A DNA stretch of 64,000 nt from Deltaproteobacteria bacterium (GCA_040218735.1 JAVJQW010000008.1:416001-480000); one strand, 5' to 3'; numbered from the stretch's first letter, positions 47,126 to 57,683 are shown. The notes: generated by a model not told the origin, from the letters alone. Program-made: numbers and translations.

Positions 47126-48529
47126 ATGGCCAACGAGACCCGCACCGAATCCGACAGCTTTGGACCCATCGAGGTCCCCGCCGACAAGTATTGGGGCGCG
47201 CAGACGCAACGTTCGCTCGAAAACTTCCGCATCGGCGAAGAGCACTTCCCGCGCATCTTCATCCGCGCGTACGGGATCGTGAAGCAATCGGCGGCGGATG
47301 TGAACGGGGCCGCCGGTCAGATCCCCGAGAAGTACCAGAAGGTCATCGCCGACGCCGCCCAGGAGGTTATTGACGGAAAGCTCGACGACAACTTCCCGCT
47401 CGTTGTCTGGCAGACCGGCAGCGGCACCCAGACCAATATGAACGTCAACGAGGTCATCGCGAACCGCGCCAACGAGATGCTCGGGATGGCGCTCGGCGCG
47501 AAGGACGGCGTGCACCCGAACGACCACGTCAACCGCGCGCAGTCCACGAACGACAGCTTCCCGACCGCCATGCACGTCGCCGCCGGACTCGCCGTGAAGG
47601 AGCAGCTCCTCCCCGAGCTCGACGCGCTCGCGAAGGTCTTCGAGGCGAAGGCCGACGAATTCAAGGACATCATCAAGATCGGCCGCACCCACCTGCAGGA
47701 CGCGACGCCGCTGTCGCTCGGGCAGGAGATCTCCGGCTGGGCCGCGCAGCTCCGTCACGCGATGGCCGCGGTCGAAGCGACGCTCCCGCAGATCTACGAG
47801 CTCGCGATGGGCGGCACCGCGGTGGGCACTGGCCTCAACACGGTCGAGGGGTACGCGGAGGGCGTCGCCGCGGCGATCGCGAAGCGCACCAACCTCCCGT
47901 TCGTCACCGCGCCGAACAAGTTCGCGGCGCTCGCCGGGCACGACGCGATCGTCGGCCTCTCCGGCGCGCTCAAGCAGGTCGCGTGCGCGATGATGAAGAT
48001 CGCAAACGACGTCCGCTGGCTCGCGAGCGGCCCGCGCTGCGGCCTCGGCGAGCTGCGCATCCCCGAGAACGAGCCCGGCAGCTCCATCATGCCCGGCAAG
48101 GTGAACCCGACGCAGTGCGAGGCGGTGACGATGCTGTGCTGCCGCGTCATCGGGAACGACGCCGGCATCGGCGTCGCCGGCTCGCAGGGCAACTTCGAGC
48201 TGAACGTCTACAAGCCGATGATGGTGCACTCGGTGCTCGAGTCGATCCGCATCCTCGGCGACGGCACGCGCTCGTTCCGCACCAACTGCGCCGAGGGCAT
48301 CGAGCCCAACCGCGAGCGCATCGACGCGCTGCTCCACGAGTCGCTGATGCTCGTCACGGCGCTCAACCCGCACATCGGCTACGACAAGGCCGCGCAGGTC
48401 GCGAAGAAGGCCTACAAAGAGGGCACGACCCTCGTGCAGGCCATCACCGCGCTCGGCTACATGGACGCCGACGAGTTCAAGCGCGTCGTGAAGCCCGAGC
48501 TGATGATCGGGCCCAAGCCGAAGTCCTGA
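47126..48529 (+). CDS. fumC: Class II fumarate hydratase
   Basis: [45 protein letters not shown]. Confidence 0.97.
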   Translation: MANETRTESDSFGPIEVPADKYWGAQTQRSLENFRIGEEHFPRIFIRAYGIVKQSAADVNGAAGQIPEKYQKVIADAAQEVIDGKLDDNFPLVVWQTGSGTQTNMNVNEVIANRANEMLGMALGAKDGVHPNDHVNRAQSTNDSFPTAMHVAAGLAVKEQLLPELDALAKVFEAKADEFKDIIKIGRTHLQDATPLSLGQEISGWAAQLRHAMAAVEATLPQIYELAMGGTAVGTGLNTVEGYAEGVAAAIAKRTNLPFVTAPNKFAALAGHDAIVGLSGALKQVACAMMKIANDVRWLASGPRCGLGELRIPENEPGSSIMPGKVNPTQCEAVTMLCCRVIGNDAGIGVAGSQGNFELNVYKPMMVHSVLESIRILGDGTRSFRTNCAEGIEPNRERIDALLHESLMLVTALNPHIGYDKAAQVAKKAYKEGTTLVQAITALGYMDADEFKRVVKPELMIGPKPKS

Positions 48530-48541
48530 TCCGCGCGCCCC

Positions 48542-50908
48542 TCACGGGGCGTTGGCGAGCCCGTAGTTCAAGACGGTCGTGCTGTCCGCGTACCGCTGCG
48601 CGCTCGTCGATCCGAGCACGACCGAGATGACGTCCGCCGACCCGTCGTTCGCCGCGGCGACGAGGCAGGCGCCCGCGAGATCCGTCGTGCCGGTCTTCAC
48701 TCCGTAGGCCGACGCCATGAAGTTGCTGCTCTGGTTGCAGGTCTGCAGGCCGGTCCCGCGAAGGTGGCGGTTCGAGTTGCAGAAGGTTCGGAACACCGTC
48801 GTCGACGTCCCGCGCGACCAGCGCATCCGAGCCTCGGGCGTCGCGACGAGGTTTCGAAGCCTCCAGTCGGCGTTCAGCGCGAAGTCTGCGAGCCGCGCCA
48901 TGTCGCGCGCCGTCGAGTAGTGCGCGCACGCGGTGACGTCGGGTTGGAACCCGTTGCACCCTGCGATGAAGTCCTCCGGATCGCGCCCGTGGGGGGATGT
49001 GAAGCTCGTGTCGTCGAGGCCGAGCTGCCGCGCGCGGGCGTTCATGCGGGCGACGAACGCAGCCTCGCTCCCGGCGACCCGGCGCGCGAGCACGATGGCG
49101 GCGTCGTTCCCCGACGGCAACATGAGGCCGATCAGCAGGTTGCCGAGCGTGACGACGTCACCGGATCGGAACCCGACTACGCTCGTCGTCCCGACGATCG
49201 CGGGGTCCACCTCGGCGGCACGGACACGCGCGGTCGACGACAGGGTGACCTCACCGCGGTTGACCGCCTCGTACACGAGCAGCGCGGTCATGATCTTCGT
49301 CGTGCTCGCCATGGGCACCCGTTTGTCGGGGTTCTTGGCCCCGATGATGCGGCCCGTGGCGCGGTTCATCACGATGGCCGCATCGGCGGTGAGGCTCGGT
49401 AACGCCGGTTCGATGTCACCCGCGAAGACGGCGCCCGCGGCGTTCTTGCCGTCCACCGACTCCGAGGGCGCGCCGATCGCCAGGTTGTCCTTTCCGTCGT
49501 TGTCGAAGTCACCCGCGACCAACGCGTCGCCGAAGCCGTCGCCGTCTTCCTCCACGCCACCGAAGACGCGCTGCGTGAGGTAGTAGGCGCGCGGCGGGCT
49601 CAGGCTCGCGTTGCTCCCGAAGAACACAAACGTCGCGCCGTTGTCCGTGCGGCCTTCGATGTCCTCGCCCGGCGCACCGACGGCGAGATCGTCGAAGCCA
49701 TCGTCGTCGAAGTCGCCCACGGCGAGCGCGCGGCCGAACTCGTCACCGGCTTCGTTGCTCGCGTCACCGGAGTTCTGCGTCAGCCATTCGACGTTCGCCG
49801 GCAGCAGCCCCTGGGAGGCGCCGCGGAAGATCGCAATCATGCCACTGTTCGACTGTCCGCTGCTGTCCTTGCTCGGAACTCCGATCGCGAGATCGTCGAA
49901 GCCGTTCGCGTTGAAGTCACCGATCGCCAGCACACTCCCGAAGCGGTCGTCAGCGTCTCGGGTTTGGCTCGGGACGGACAGCATGGTGAACACCTCGGTC
50001 TGCGCCGGAAGCAAGCCCGCCGCCGAACCGTGGAACGCCACGACCATGCCGGCGTCCGTCGCGCTCCCGAAGTTCTGGTCGGGGACCCCGACGATCAGAT
50101 CGTCGAAGGGGCTCCCGTTGATGTTGCCCGCCGCCAACGCGACGCCGAAGTGATCGCCGGATTCGTTGGTGTGTCCGGGCACCGAGCTCTGCGTGAAGTA
50201 CTCGGTGCTCGCGGAGTAGAGGCCGCCCGATGCGCCGTAGAAGACCGCGACCGCTCCCGCGCCGAAGACGCCCGAGACACCTTCGTTCGGTGCGCCCACG
50301 GCGAGGTCGTCACAGCCCGCGCCGTTGAAGTTCCCGGCCGCCAGCGCGTGGCCGAAACCGTCGTTGGTCTCGGGGCTCATCCCCGAGACCGAAGCCTGGG
50401 AGTGGCTGGAAGCGCCTTCGAGGCCCGAGCTCGAGCCGTGGAAGACAAAGACGCGACCGGCCCCCACTTGGCCGCCCACGGTGCGGCCGGGCGCGCCGAT
50501 CGCGAGATCCGGGAAGTTGTCGCAGCCGAACTCGCCGACGACCGCCGACGCCCCGAAGCGATCGTACGCCTCCCGAAGCATCCCGAAGTGCGTGGGGTCG
50601 AGCCATTGGACGCCGCCGGATCCGGGCCCCGTCGGTCCACCGTAGAAGACCATCACGTGCCCCGTGTCGGTCCCGCCGTAGTCTTCTTGGGGGGCCGCGA
50701 CGACGAGATCGTCGAACCCGTCGAGGTCGAAGTCCGCCGAGGCGAGTGTGTCTCCGAAGCGGTCGTAGGCCTCGACGGTGCCGCCGCCGTCGTCTTGGGT
50801 GAGCACTTGATCGCGATAGCCGCCGACGTGGGCCGAATGGGTGTCGACGTCGAGCGGGGCGCCGCAGGCGGTGGCGGCGATGGCGAGGAGGCAAAGGTGA
50901 CGTGTCAT
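48542..50908 (-). CDS. Lipoprotein: 7 FG-GAP repeats fused to an S11 D-Ala-D-Ala carboxypeptidase domain
   Basis: Lipobox ATAC; seven FG..GAP/GVP blades; SxxK (ASTTK), SxN (SGND), PHG, KTG (KTGTT). Confidence 0.9.
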   Translation of the reverse strand: MTRHLCLLAIAATACGAPLDVDTHSAHVGGYRDQVLTQDDGGGTVEAYDRFGDTLASADFDLDGFDDLVVAAPQEDYGGTDTGHVMVFYGGPTGPGSGGVQWLDPTHFGMLREAYDRFGASAVVGEFGCDNFPDLAIGAPGRTVGGQVGAGRVFVFHGSSSGLEGASSHSQASVSGMSPETNDGFGHALAAGNFNGAGCDDLAVGAPNEGVSGVFGAGAVAVFYGASGGLYSASTEYFTQSSVPGHTNESGDHFGVALAAGNINGSPFDDLIVGVPDQNFGSATDAGMVVAFHGSAAGLLPAQTEVFTMLSVPSQTRDADDRFGSVLAIGDFNANGFDDLAIGVPSKDSSGQSNSGMIAIFRGASQGLLPANVEWLTQNSGDASNEAGDEFGRALAVGDFDDDGFDDLAVGAPGEDIEGRTDNGATFVFFGSNASLSPPRAYYLTQRVFGGVEEDGDGFGDALVAGDFDNDGKDNLAIGAPSESVDGKNAAGAVFAGDIEPALPSLTADAAIVMNRATGRIIGAKNPDKRVPMASTTKIMTALLVYEAVNRGEVTLSSTARVRAAEVDPAIVGTTSVVGFRSGDVVTLGNLLIGLMLPSGNDAAIVLARRVAGSEAAFVARMNARARQLGLDDTSFTSPHGRDPEDFIAGCNGFQPDVTACAHYSTARDMARLADFALNADWRLRNLVATPEARMRWSRGTSTTVFRTFCNSNRHLRGTGLQTCNQSSNFMASAYGVKTGTTDLAGACLVAAANDGSADVISVVLGSTSAQRYADSTTVLNYGLANAP

Positions 50909-50921
50909 GGTTCGCCCGCTG

Positions 50922-50937
50922 AGCACCGACCGTGCCA
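50922..50937 (-). promoter_or_regulatory. Sigma54 -24/-12 promoter
   Basis: Minus strand TGGCACG-GTCG-GTGCT, ending 13 nt before the ATG at 50908. Confidence 0.75.
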
Positions 50938-51068
50938 GCGGGATGGCGTGGTGGAACGCCGCGATTGGGCGCTCCGGGGCGTCGCGCGCACGTGCGGCGG
51001 GCGTGCGCGCACGACGCGTCGGCACGAACTTCTGACCGATCCTTTTCGTCGGGGCGGTCGTATCGTAC

Positions 51069-52502
51069 GTGTCGTCGATGCTGCGCGCGCTGTGTACGAA
51101 GGAGCTTCGGCTCGCGCTGCGTTCGCGACGGGTGGCTTGGGCGGGGGCCGTGATGTTCGCCTTGTGCGGGGTCGCGGCCGCGTCCGGCACGCTCGAGCAC
51201 CAGGCCCGCGCCGAAGAGCACCGCCGCCTCGTCGAGTTCGCGGAGGCCTCGTTCGCGGGCCAGCGCGCCGACCACCCCCACACGATCGCGCACAACGGGT
51301 ACGTCGTATCGCGCCCGCCCGCGCCGCTCGGTCACCTCGACGCGGGGATCGAGACCGCGTACGGCCGGTGGCTGCGCCTCGACGCGCACCAGACCCGGCC
51401 GCTCTCCGGCACCCGCACCACCGAGATCGCCCGCGGGCCGGGGGCGGGGCGCTTCGATCTCGGGTTGCTGCTCGCGGTGTTCGGGCCGGTGGTGATCGTG
51501 CTGCTGGTGTTCGATCAGGTCGCCCGCGAGCGGAACAACGGGACCCTCGCGATGCTGTCGTCCGCCGGTCTGGGCCTCGGGCCGTTCGTGGTGTCGAAGG
51601 CGTTCGGCGCCGCGGTGCGATCGGGGTTGGCGATCGGCGTGCCCGCGCTCGTCGCCACGGTGCTCGCCACGCTCGCGGTGGGCACGATCGACTTCGCCCG
51701 CCTGCTCGCATGGTTCGCCGCGCACGCCGTGGCGCTCGCGGTGTGGGGGGCGATCGTCCTCGCGATCTCGGCGTTCAGCGCGTCGGCGCGCCAGGCGTTG
51801 GTCAGCGGCTTCGCGGTGTGGGGGACGCTCGCGCTGTTCGTGCCGCCGGTGTCGGGTGCGGTGTCGCAGCTCGTCGCGCCGGTGGCGCCGCCGGGGGAGC
51901 AGATGGTGAGGGCGGCCGAGTGGGCCGAGAGCGCGCACGCGCAGAGTGAAGCGCTCCGCGATCGTGCGCTGGCCGAGATTCGTCGCCGGCACCCGGAGTG
52001 GGACGGCAAGGGCGAGCCGCCGGAGGTCGTGGACGCCGTGATGCTCGCGCTCGCCGACCGCGACGCGACCTCCAAGATGAACGCGATGTTCGCCGCGCTC
52101 GACGCCGAGCAGGATCGCCAGGAGCGCTGGGCCGCCGCGCTCGCGTTTGTTTCACCGAGCGGGCTCGCGAGCCTCGCGTCCAGCGCGATCGCCGGCAGCG
52201 ACCTCGCGCACATGCGCTTCGCTTTCCTGCACTACGAGGCGTATCGGCAGGAGCTGATGGGTTGGTTCAACGCGTGGTGGGCGCAGGAGGGCCGCGGCGG
52301 GTTCGAGGCGTACGGCGAGGAGAAGAAGTTCGACGACTTCGAAGCCGCGCCCCGGCCGACGGTGCCGCGCGTCGACCTCCCGTTCTCGCTGACGCGCGCC
52401 GCGATGTCCGTGGCGCTGCTCGCGGTGGCGTTTGTGATCGGCGCGCTGGCCTTCGCCGCTTCGGCGCGGCGGGCCCTCGCCACCTCGGGAGGTCGAGCGT
52501 GA
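51069..52502 (+). CDS. ABC transporter permease (DUF3526-type)
   Basis: [45 protein letters not shown]. Confidence 0.85.
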   Translation: MSSMLRALCTKELRLALRSRRVAWAGAVMFALCGVAAASGTLEHQARAEEHRRLVEFAEASFAGQRADHPHTIAHNGYVVSRPPAPLGHLDAGIETAYGRWLRLDAHQTRPLSGTRTTEIARGPGAGRFDLGLLLAVFGPVVIVLLVFDQVARERNNGTLAMLSSAGLGLGPFVVSKAFGAAVRSGLAIGVPALVATVLATLAVGTIDFARLLAWFAAHAVALAVWGAIVLAISAFSASARQALVSGFAVWGTLALFVPPVSGAVSQLVAPVAPPGEQMVRAAEWAESAHAQSEALRDRALAEIRRRHPEWDGKGEPPEVVDAVMLALADRDATSKMNAMFAALDAEQDRQERWAAALAFVSPSGLASLASSAIAGSDLAHMRFAFLHYEAYRQELMGWFNAWWAQEGRGGFEAYGEEKKFDDFEAAPRPTVPRVDLPFSLTRAAMSVALLAVAFVIGALAFAASARRALATSGGRA

Positions 52503-52894
52503 GGCTCGGCGACGCCGCCGCGCCGACCGCGCGGGCCGCACCGACCGAGCAAACCGCGCAAACCGCGCAAACCGCGCCGACCGCGCCGACCGCGCCGACC
52601 GCGCCGACCGCGCGGCGTGCGCCGACCGCGCCGACCGCGCCGACCGGGCCGACCGGGCCGACCGGGCCGACCGGGCCGACCGGGCCGACCGGGCCGACCG
52701 GGCCGACCGGGCCGACCGGGCCGACCGGGCGGCGTGCGCCGACCGCGCCGACCGCGCTGCGTGCGCCGACCGCGCCGACCGCGCTGATGACCGCGCCGAC
52801 CGCGCCGACCGCGCCGACCGCGCTGCGTGCGCCGACCGGGCGGCGTGCGCCGACCGCGCGGCGTGCGCTGACCTCCGCCGGGGGGCGCGCGTGA
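52499..52894 (+). CDS. Possible 131-aa collagen-like (PTG/PTA) repeat ORF between the two permeases
   Basis: GTG overlaps the upstream stop and its TGA overlaps the downstream GTG; almost entirely repeat sequence. Confidence 0.35.
   Translation: MRLGDAAAPTARAAPTEQTAQTAQTAPTAPTAPTAPTARRAPTAPTAPTGPTGPTGPTGPTGPTGPTGPTGPTGPTGRRAPTAPTALRAPTAPTALMTAPTAPTAPTALRAPTGRRAPTARRALTSAGGRA
52520..52866 (+). repeat. 9-bp minisatellite (CCGACCGCG / CCGACCGGG / CAAACCGCG / CGGCGTGCG)
   Basis: Ten perfect CCGACCGGG copies at 52640-52729, flanked by variant units. Confidence 0.95.
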
Positions 52895-54237
52895 TGCGCG
52901 CGATCTACGGACACTCGCGGCGCGCGCAGTGGCGCTCCTCGCGCGCGCGCCTCGTCGCCGCCGCGCTGTTCGTCGCGTCGACCACATCGGTCGCGCTCGG
53001 CGCGTGGCTCGGCGCGGCGCACCGAGGTGCCGGACTCCGCGACGTCGCCTCCTTCGAACGACGGCTGGACGCGGGCGCCGACAAGAGCGCGTTCGCGGTG
53101 AGCGCCTACGAAGACGTGATCGTCGCCCGCGGCGCCCGCCCTTCCGCGATGCTCACCGCGAACGATCTCACCACGCTGCCCGACGCCGCGATCCTCCGCC
53201 TCTCCGATCCGCCCGCGATGATCCCCACGCTCGCCGAGCGCTCGCCGTCCGCGCTCCTCCTCGGCCGCCTCGACTTCGCGTGGGTCCTCGCATTGCTCCT
53301 CCCCCTCGCGGCGATCGCGCTCGCCTACGACGCCGTCAGCCGCGACCGTGAGCGCGGCACCCTCGCGATGTTGCTCGGACCGGCGCGCTCGTCGGGGCCG
53401 TTGCTCCTCGCCCGCACCGCCGTCGTCACGGAGGTGCTCCTCGTGGGCGTGCTCCCCGGAATCGTGGCTTCGGCGTTCGTCGACGTCGTCGCGCCGGCGG
53501 TTGTCGCTGCGTACGCATTCGTCGTCGCCGCCGTCGTCGTCGCGGTGAGCGCACGCTCCGAGCGATCCGCGGTGGCGCTCGCGACCTCACTCGGCCTGTG
53601 GCTCACGTTCGGCGTCGCGGTACCGCTCTCCGTGAGCGCGGTGGTGCGATCGAGCTACCCGGAGCCGGATCCACGCGCCCGCCTCGCGGGGGAGAAGGGC
53701 GCCGACGCCGTCTTCACCCGCGCGACCGAGGGCATCGTCGCGGCCGGTGTCGAGCGGGACGCCGCGCTCGACCCCGAGACCGCCGAAGACGGTGAGATGA
53801 GCCAGCTGCGGTACGACTTCCTGCTCATGCAAGAGCGCTTGCGCCGCAAGCGCGGCGCGCGCTTCGAGGGTGAGCGTGTGCTCGCGCAGCGCGCTGAGGC
53901 GATCGAACTCGCTGCGTGGCTGTCGCCGACGTCTTTGGTCGCGGGTGTGCTCGCCGACGTCTCCGGCACGCGGCCCTGGGAGCGACGCACGTTCGCGAAG
54001 GACGCGGCGGCGTACCGCGGCGAGGTCGAGCGGTTCGTGCGCGCCGAGATCCTCGCCGGTCGAAGGACGCTCGACGACCCGACCCGTTTCCCGCGGCTCG
54101 CCCGCGTGCCGCCCACGCGGCGCACGCCTGCGCTCGTCGCGGTGTTCCTCTTCCTCGCGGGAGGAATCGGTGTTTGGTTCCAAGCCACGCGCCGCCTCGA
54201 CCGCGGAGGCTTCGCGCCCACGAAGGAAGACGCATGA
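52891..54237 (+). CDS. ABC transporter permease (DUF3526-type), second paralog
   Basis: [30 protein letters not shown]; WLSPT..LADVSGT. Confidence 0.85.
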   Translation: MMRAIYGHSRRAQWRSSRARLVAAALFVASTTSVALGAWLGAAHRGAGLRDVASFERRLDAGADKSAFAVSAYEDVIVARGARPSAMLTANDLTTLPDAAILRLSDPPAMIPTLAERSPSALLLGRLDFAWVLALLLPLAAIALAYDAVSRDRERGTLAMLLGPARSSGPLLLARTAVVTEVLLVGVLPGIVASAFVDVVAPAVVAAYAFVVAAVVVAVSARSERSAVALATSLGLWLTFGVAVPLSVSAVVRSSYPEPDPRARLAGEKGADAVFTRATEGIVAAGVERDAALDPETAEDGEMSQLRYDFLLMQERLRRKRGARFEGERVLAQRAEAIELAAWLSPTSLVAGVLADVSGTRPWERRTFAKDAAAYRGEVERFVRAEILAGRRTLDDPTRFPRLARVPPTRRTPALVAVFLFLAGGIGVWFQATRRLDRGGFAPTKEDA

Positions 54238-54926
54238 TCGTCGTCGAGAACCTCGTCAAGACGTTCAAGGACCACCGGGCCGTGGACGGGCTCGACCTGA
54301 GCGTGCAGGCCGGCGAGGTCTACGCGCTGCTCGGCGGCAACGGCGCCGGGAAGACGACGACGATCCACCTGCTGCTCGGCCTCATCGAACCGGACAGCGG
54401 CACGATCCGGATCGACGGCGTCGACGTGAAGCCGGGCGTCCGTCCGAAGGCGGCGTTCGTCCCGGAGGTCGTCGAGCTGTACCCCGACCTCACGCCGCTC
54501 GAGACACTCGAGCTGTTCGCGAGCGTCGCGTCGGTGGACGTGGGGGCGGAGGCGATGAAGCAGGCGCTCCTCGACGCCGGCCTGGCCGCGAGTGATCACA
54601 CGCGCCGGCTCCGGGTGTTCTCGAAGGGGATGCGCCAGAAGGTCGCGCTCGCGATCGCGCAGATCCAAGGCGCGCGGGCGCTGCTGCTCGACGAACCGAC
54701 GAGCGGCCTCGATCCGCGGGCGGCTTCCCAGCTGCTCGATCGCCTCGCGGCGCTGAAGGCGGAGGGGGCGGCGATCCTCATGTCGACCCACGACGTCTAC
54801 ACTGTGAGCGCCGTCGCGGATCGCATCGGAATCTTGCGCGAGGGTCGTCTCGTGGATGAGCGCGACAAAACTCAGCTCGGCGACCGCGACGTGGCGACCT
54901 GGTATCGCGAGACGATGGGCGGGTGA
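54234..54926 (+). CDS. ABC transporter ATP-binding protein
   Basis: GGNGAGKTT, FSKGMRQK, LLDEPTSGLDP, STHD. Confidence 0.95.
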   Translation: MIVVENLVKTFKDHRAVDGLDLSVQAGEVYALLGGNGAGKTTTIHLLLGLIEPDSGTIRIDGVDVKPGVRPKAAFVPEVVELYPDLTPLETLELFASVASVDVGAEAMKQALLDAGLAASDHTRRLRVFSKGMRQKVALAIAQIQGARALLLDEPTSGLDPRAASQLLDRLAALKAEGAAILMSTHDVYTVSAVADRIGILREGRLVDERDKTQLGDRDVATWYRETMGG

Positions 54927-54965
54927 GGCTTGACCGCCTCCCCCATCGAACGCTTGATGCACCCC

Positions 54966-56084
54966 ATGTCGCGTTGGATCACCGCCGCCCTGTTGATCCC
55001 GCTCGCGCTGTCGAGCACCGGGTGCGGGATCCTGCTGCAGTCGGCGTTCGGGTGGTCGACCGAGGAGCGGCGGGTCTCGGAGAAGACGCACGCGATCACC
55101 GTGCGCACGCAGCCGGAGGGGCTCCCGGTGTCCCGCTCGGGCCCAGACGGGACGAAGCAGCTCGGCGCGTCGCCGGTGACGGATCAGATCCTCTACGAGC
55201 AGGAGATGGTGATCGAGTCGCCGTCCACGGCGGGGCTCTACATCGGTGGGGTGTTGGAGATCGTCGCGGCCTTCACTGCGTTCTTCGCGAGCGCGCCCGG
55301 GGACTGCGAGGACGTCTTCATCGATGGGTGCGAGACGAACATCCCGCTCGCGTTGCTCGGCGGCGCGCTGATGTACTTCGGCCTGCAGGACATGGTGATC
55401 GGCCTCGTGTACGGGCTCTCGGGCGATCAGGTGAAACAGAACCGCGCGGTGAATCCGCCGACCTATACCTACGCCTCCGTCATGGCCGGCAAACCCCCGC
55501 AGGAGAAGCGCATCCAGGTGCCCGACTCGAGCTTCGCCAACTTCAGCTTCGACGGCACCCCGGTCGCGCCCGTCGCGAAGCAGGCGCCTCCGCCTCCTCC
55601 GCCTCCTCCGCCCCCGACGACCACCGCGCCGCCGCCTTCGGGGACGAAACCCAACGTGTCGAAGTGGGTGATCGCGGTGATGGACGTCGAGGACGTGAAC
55701 GCGGGCGCCAACAACGGGATCGAGCGCGGCCTCGTCCGCAACCTCGGCGACCAGCTCCGCATCTTCATCGCACAGACGGGCGTGCGGACGATCGACCGGA
55801 GCGCTCAGGAGCGCGCGTTGAATGACGTCATCTCGGAGGCCAAGAGTGACTCGTACAAGGCCTGCTATGACGATTCCTGTCAGATCGAGCTCGGTAAGGC
55901 GCTCGCGGCGACGCACATCCTGAGGTCGCGGATCACCCGGTTCGGTTCGCGGTGTGTGCTCAACGCGGAGATGATCGACCTTCGGGCCGAGGTGACGGTG
56001 AAGGCGGCTTCGGCGCGGGGTGACTGCGAGGCGGAGGGCTTCCTGACGATGAGCGAAGAGGTCGCCAACAGCCTGGTGCAGTGA
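54966..56084 (+). CDS. Lipoprotein with PEGA-like domain, poly-Pro linker and TolB-N/CsgG-like C-terminal domain
   Basis: Lipobox STGC; ITVRTQPEG; Pro run; IAVMDV...CYDDSCQIELGKALAA. Confidence 0.65.
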   Translation: MSRWITAALLIPLALSSTGCGILLQSAFGWSTEERRVSEKTHAITVRTQPEGLPVSRSGPDGTKQLGASPVTDQILYEQEMVIESPSTAGLYIGGVLEIVAAFTAFFASAPGDCEDVFIDGCETNIPLALLGGALMYFGLQDMVIGLVYGLSGDQVKQNRAVNPPTYTYASVMAGKPPQEKRIQVPDSSFANFSFDGTPVAPVAKQAPPPPPPPPPPTTTAPPPSGTKPNVSKWVIAVMDVEDVNAGANNGIERGLVRNLGDQLRIFIAQTGVRTIDRSAQERALNDVISEAKSDSYKACYDDSCQIELGKALAATHILRSRITRFGSRCVLNAEMIDLRAEVTVKAASARGDCEAEGFLTMSEEVANSLVQ

Positions 56085-56136
56085 GTCCGACGGAATCTTC
56101 TTTACTCGGGACCCGACAAAGCCCATCCAAACAAGC

Positions 56137-57174
56137 GTGGACGAATTCAAGATCGACGGCCGGTCGATCGGCCCCGGGGAGCGCGCCAGCATCCAGCTCC
56201 CCGTCGCGCGGCTGAAGACCCAAACGGAGATCTCGATGCCCGTCCGCGTGGTGCGCGGCAAGAAGGACGGCCCGACGCTCTTCGTCTCGGCCGCGGTTCA
56301 CGGCGACGAGATCAACGGCGTCGAGATCATCCGACGCCTCCTCCGCCTTCAACTCTTGAGGCGCATCCGCGGGACGCTGATCGCCGTGCCGATGGTGAAC
56401 GTCTTCGGCTTCATCCAGCTGTCGCGATACCTCCCCGACCGCCGCGATCTCAATCGATCCTTCCCCGGGTCGGAGGGCGGCTCGCTCGCCGCGCGCATCG
56501 CGGACATGTTCATGTCGGAGATCGTCGCGCAGTCCACCCACGGGATCGATCTGCACACCGGCGCGATCCACCGGACGAACCTCCCGCAGATTCGCGTGTC
56601 GTTCGACGACAGCGAGGCGCTGAAGCTCGCGCGTGCGTTCGGCGCACCGGTGGTGATGGACGCATCACTCCGCGACGGCTCGCTCCGCGAGGCGGTCTGC
56701 GGCAAAGGCATCCCGGTCATCCTCTACGAAGCGGGGGAGGCGCTGCGCTTCGACGAGTGGGCGATCCGGCCCGGCCTCCGTGGCATCGTCTCGATCATGC
56801 ACGAGATCGGGATGCTCCCGGCGCCGAAGCGTCCGCGCAAACACGCGCCGTCGATGCTGGTGGAGCGTTCGACGTGGGTGCGAGCGACGGAGAGCGGAAT
56901 CCTCAGCGCGCGGGTTACGCTCGGACAGCGTGTGCACCGCGGAGATCTGCTCGGGATGATCGGTGACCCGTTCGGGGATCTCGAGATTCCGATCGAAGCG
57001 CCCGTGAGCGGGGTGGTGATCGGTCGAACGAACCTCCCGCTGCTCAACGAGGGAGACGCCGTGTTCCACATCGCCCGCATCGACGACAAGGAGCAGCTGC
57101 CGCCGACGATGGAGGCCTTCCAGGCGGCGCTCGAGACCGGGTTCGGTTTCGATCCGGAGGGGAAGCAGGAATGA
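56137..57174 (+). CDS. Succinylglutamate desuccinylase/aspartoacylase (M14) family protein
   Basis: HGDEING, RRDLNRSFPG, IDLHTG, YEAGEALRFD. Confidence 0.92.
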   Translation: MDEFKIDGRSIGPGERASIQLPVARLKTQTEISMPVRVVRGKKDGPTLFVSAAVHGDEINGVEIIRRLLRLQLLRRIRGTLIAVPMVNVFGFIQLSRYLPDRRDLNRSFPGSEGGSLAARIADMFMSEIVAQSTHGIDLHTGAIHRTNLPQIRVSFDDSEALKLARAFGAPVVMDASLRDGSLREAVCGKGIPVILYEAGEALRFDEWAIRPGLRGIVSIMHEIGMLPAPKRPRKHAPSMLVERSTWVRATESGILSARVTLGQRVHRGDLLGMIGDPFGDLEIPIEAPVSGVVIGRTNLPLLNEGDAVFHIARIDDKEQLPPTMEAFQAALETGFGFDPEGKQE

Positions 57175-57683
57175 CGAGGACCGCCGACAAGGTCACGATC
57201 GGCTACGCGGAGTACGTCGCGTTTCCGGAGTGGGGCATCCCGCGGTTGCGCGCGAAGACGGACACCGGCGCGCGAACTTCGGCGCTTCACGTCGACAACA
57301 TCGAGCGGCTGCCGCGCAACCGGGTGCGGTTCGAGGTCGTGGTCGCGGCGAACGGCCGGCGCGTGCGTGTCGAGGCGCCGATCGTCCGGGTGTCGAACGT
57401 GCGTTCGAGCAACGGCGTGCCCGACGAGCGCTACATCGTGAGCACCACGTTACAACTCGGAGGCGTCGAGAAGACGATCGAGGTCAGCCTGGCTTCGCGC
57501 AGCGGGATGATCTACCGGATGCTCCTCGGGCGCCGCGCCATCGCCCACGACTTCCTCGTGGATCCCGGCCGGCGCTACGTCGCGTCGACGCCGCCCAAGG
57601 GCAAGAAGAAGAAGGCGCCCGCGAAGAAGAAGAAGAAAGTGGCCAAGAAGAAGAAGAAGGCGCCGAGGCGGAGCGTGGGCTGA
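57171..57683 (+). CDS. RimK-associated retropepsin-like protease (RimB-type) with poly-Lys tail
   Basis: AKTDTGARTSALH, RSSNG..ERY, MLLGRRA, FLVDP; tail KGKKKKAPAKKKKKVAKKKKK. Confidence 0.88.
   Translation: MTRTADKVTIGYAEYVAFPEWGIPRLRAKTDTGARTSALHVDNIERLPRNRVRFEVVVAANGRRVRVEAPIVRVSNVRSSNGVPDERYIVSTTLQLGGVEKTIEVSLASRSGMIYRMLLGRRAIAHDFLVDPGRRYVASTPPKGKKKKAPAKKKKKVAKKKKKAPRRSVG

Noticed and set aside
45755-48373. 872-aa minus-strand ORF as a single gene overlapping fumC
   Set aside because: The N-terminal half is the antisense shadow of fumC; only the part from the lipobox near 47095 looks like a real protein.
48535-48552. Hairpin GCGCCCC-TCAC-GGGGCGT between convergent genes as an intrinsic terminator
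   Set aside because: No U-tract on either strand, and short GC stems arise by chance at this composition.
52520-52866. Repeat array as a CRISPR
   Set aside because: Contiguous 9-bp units with no unique spacers, and no cas genes in the window.
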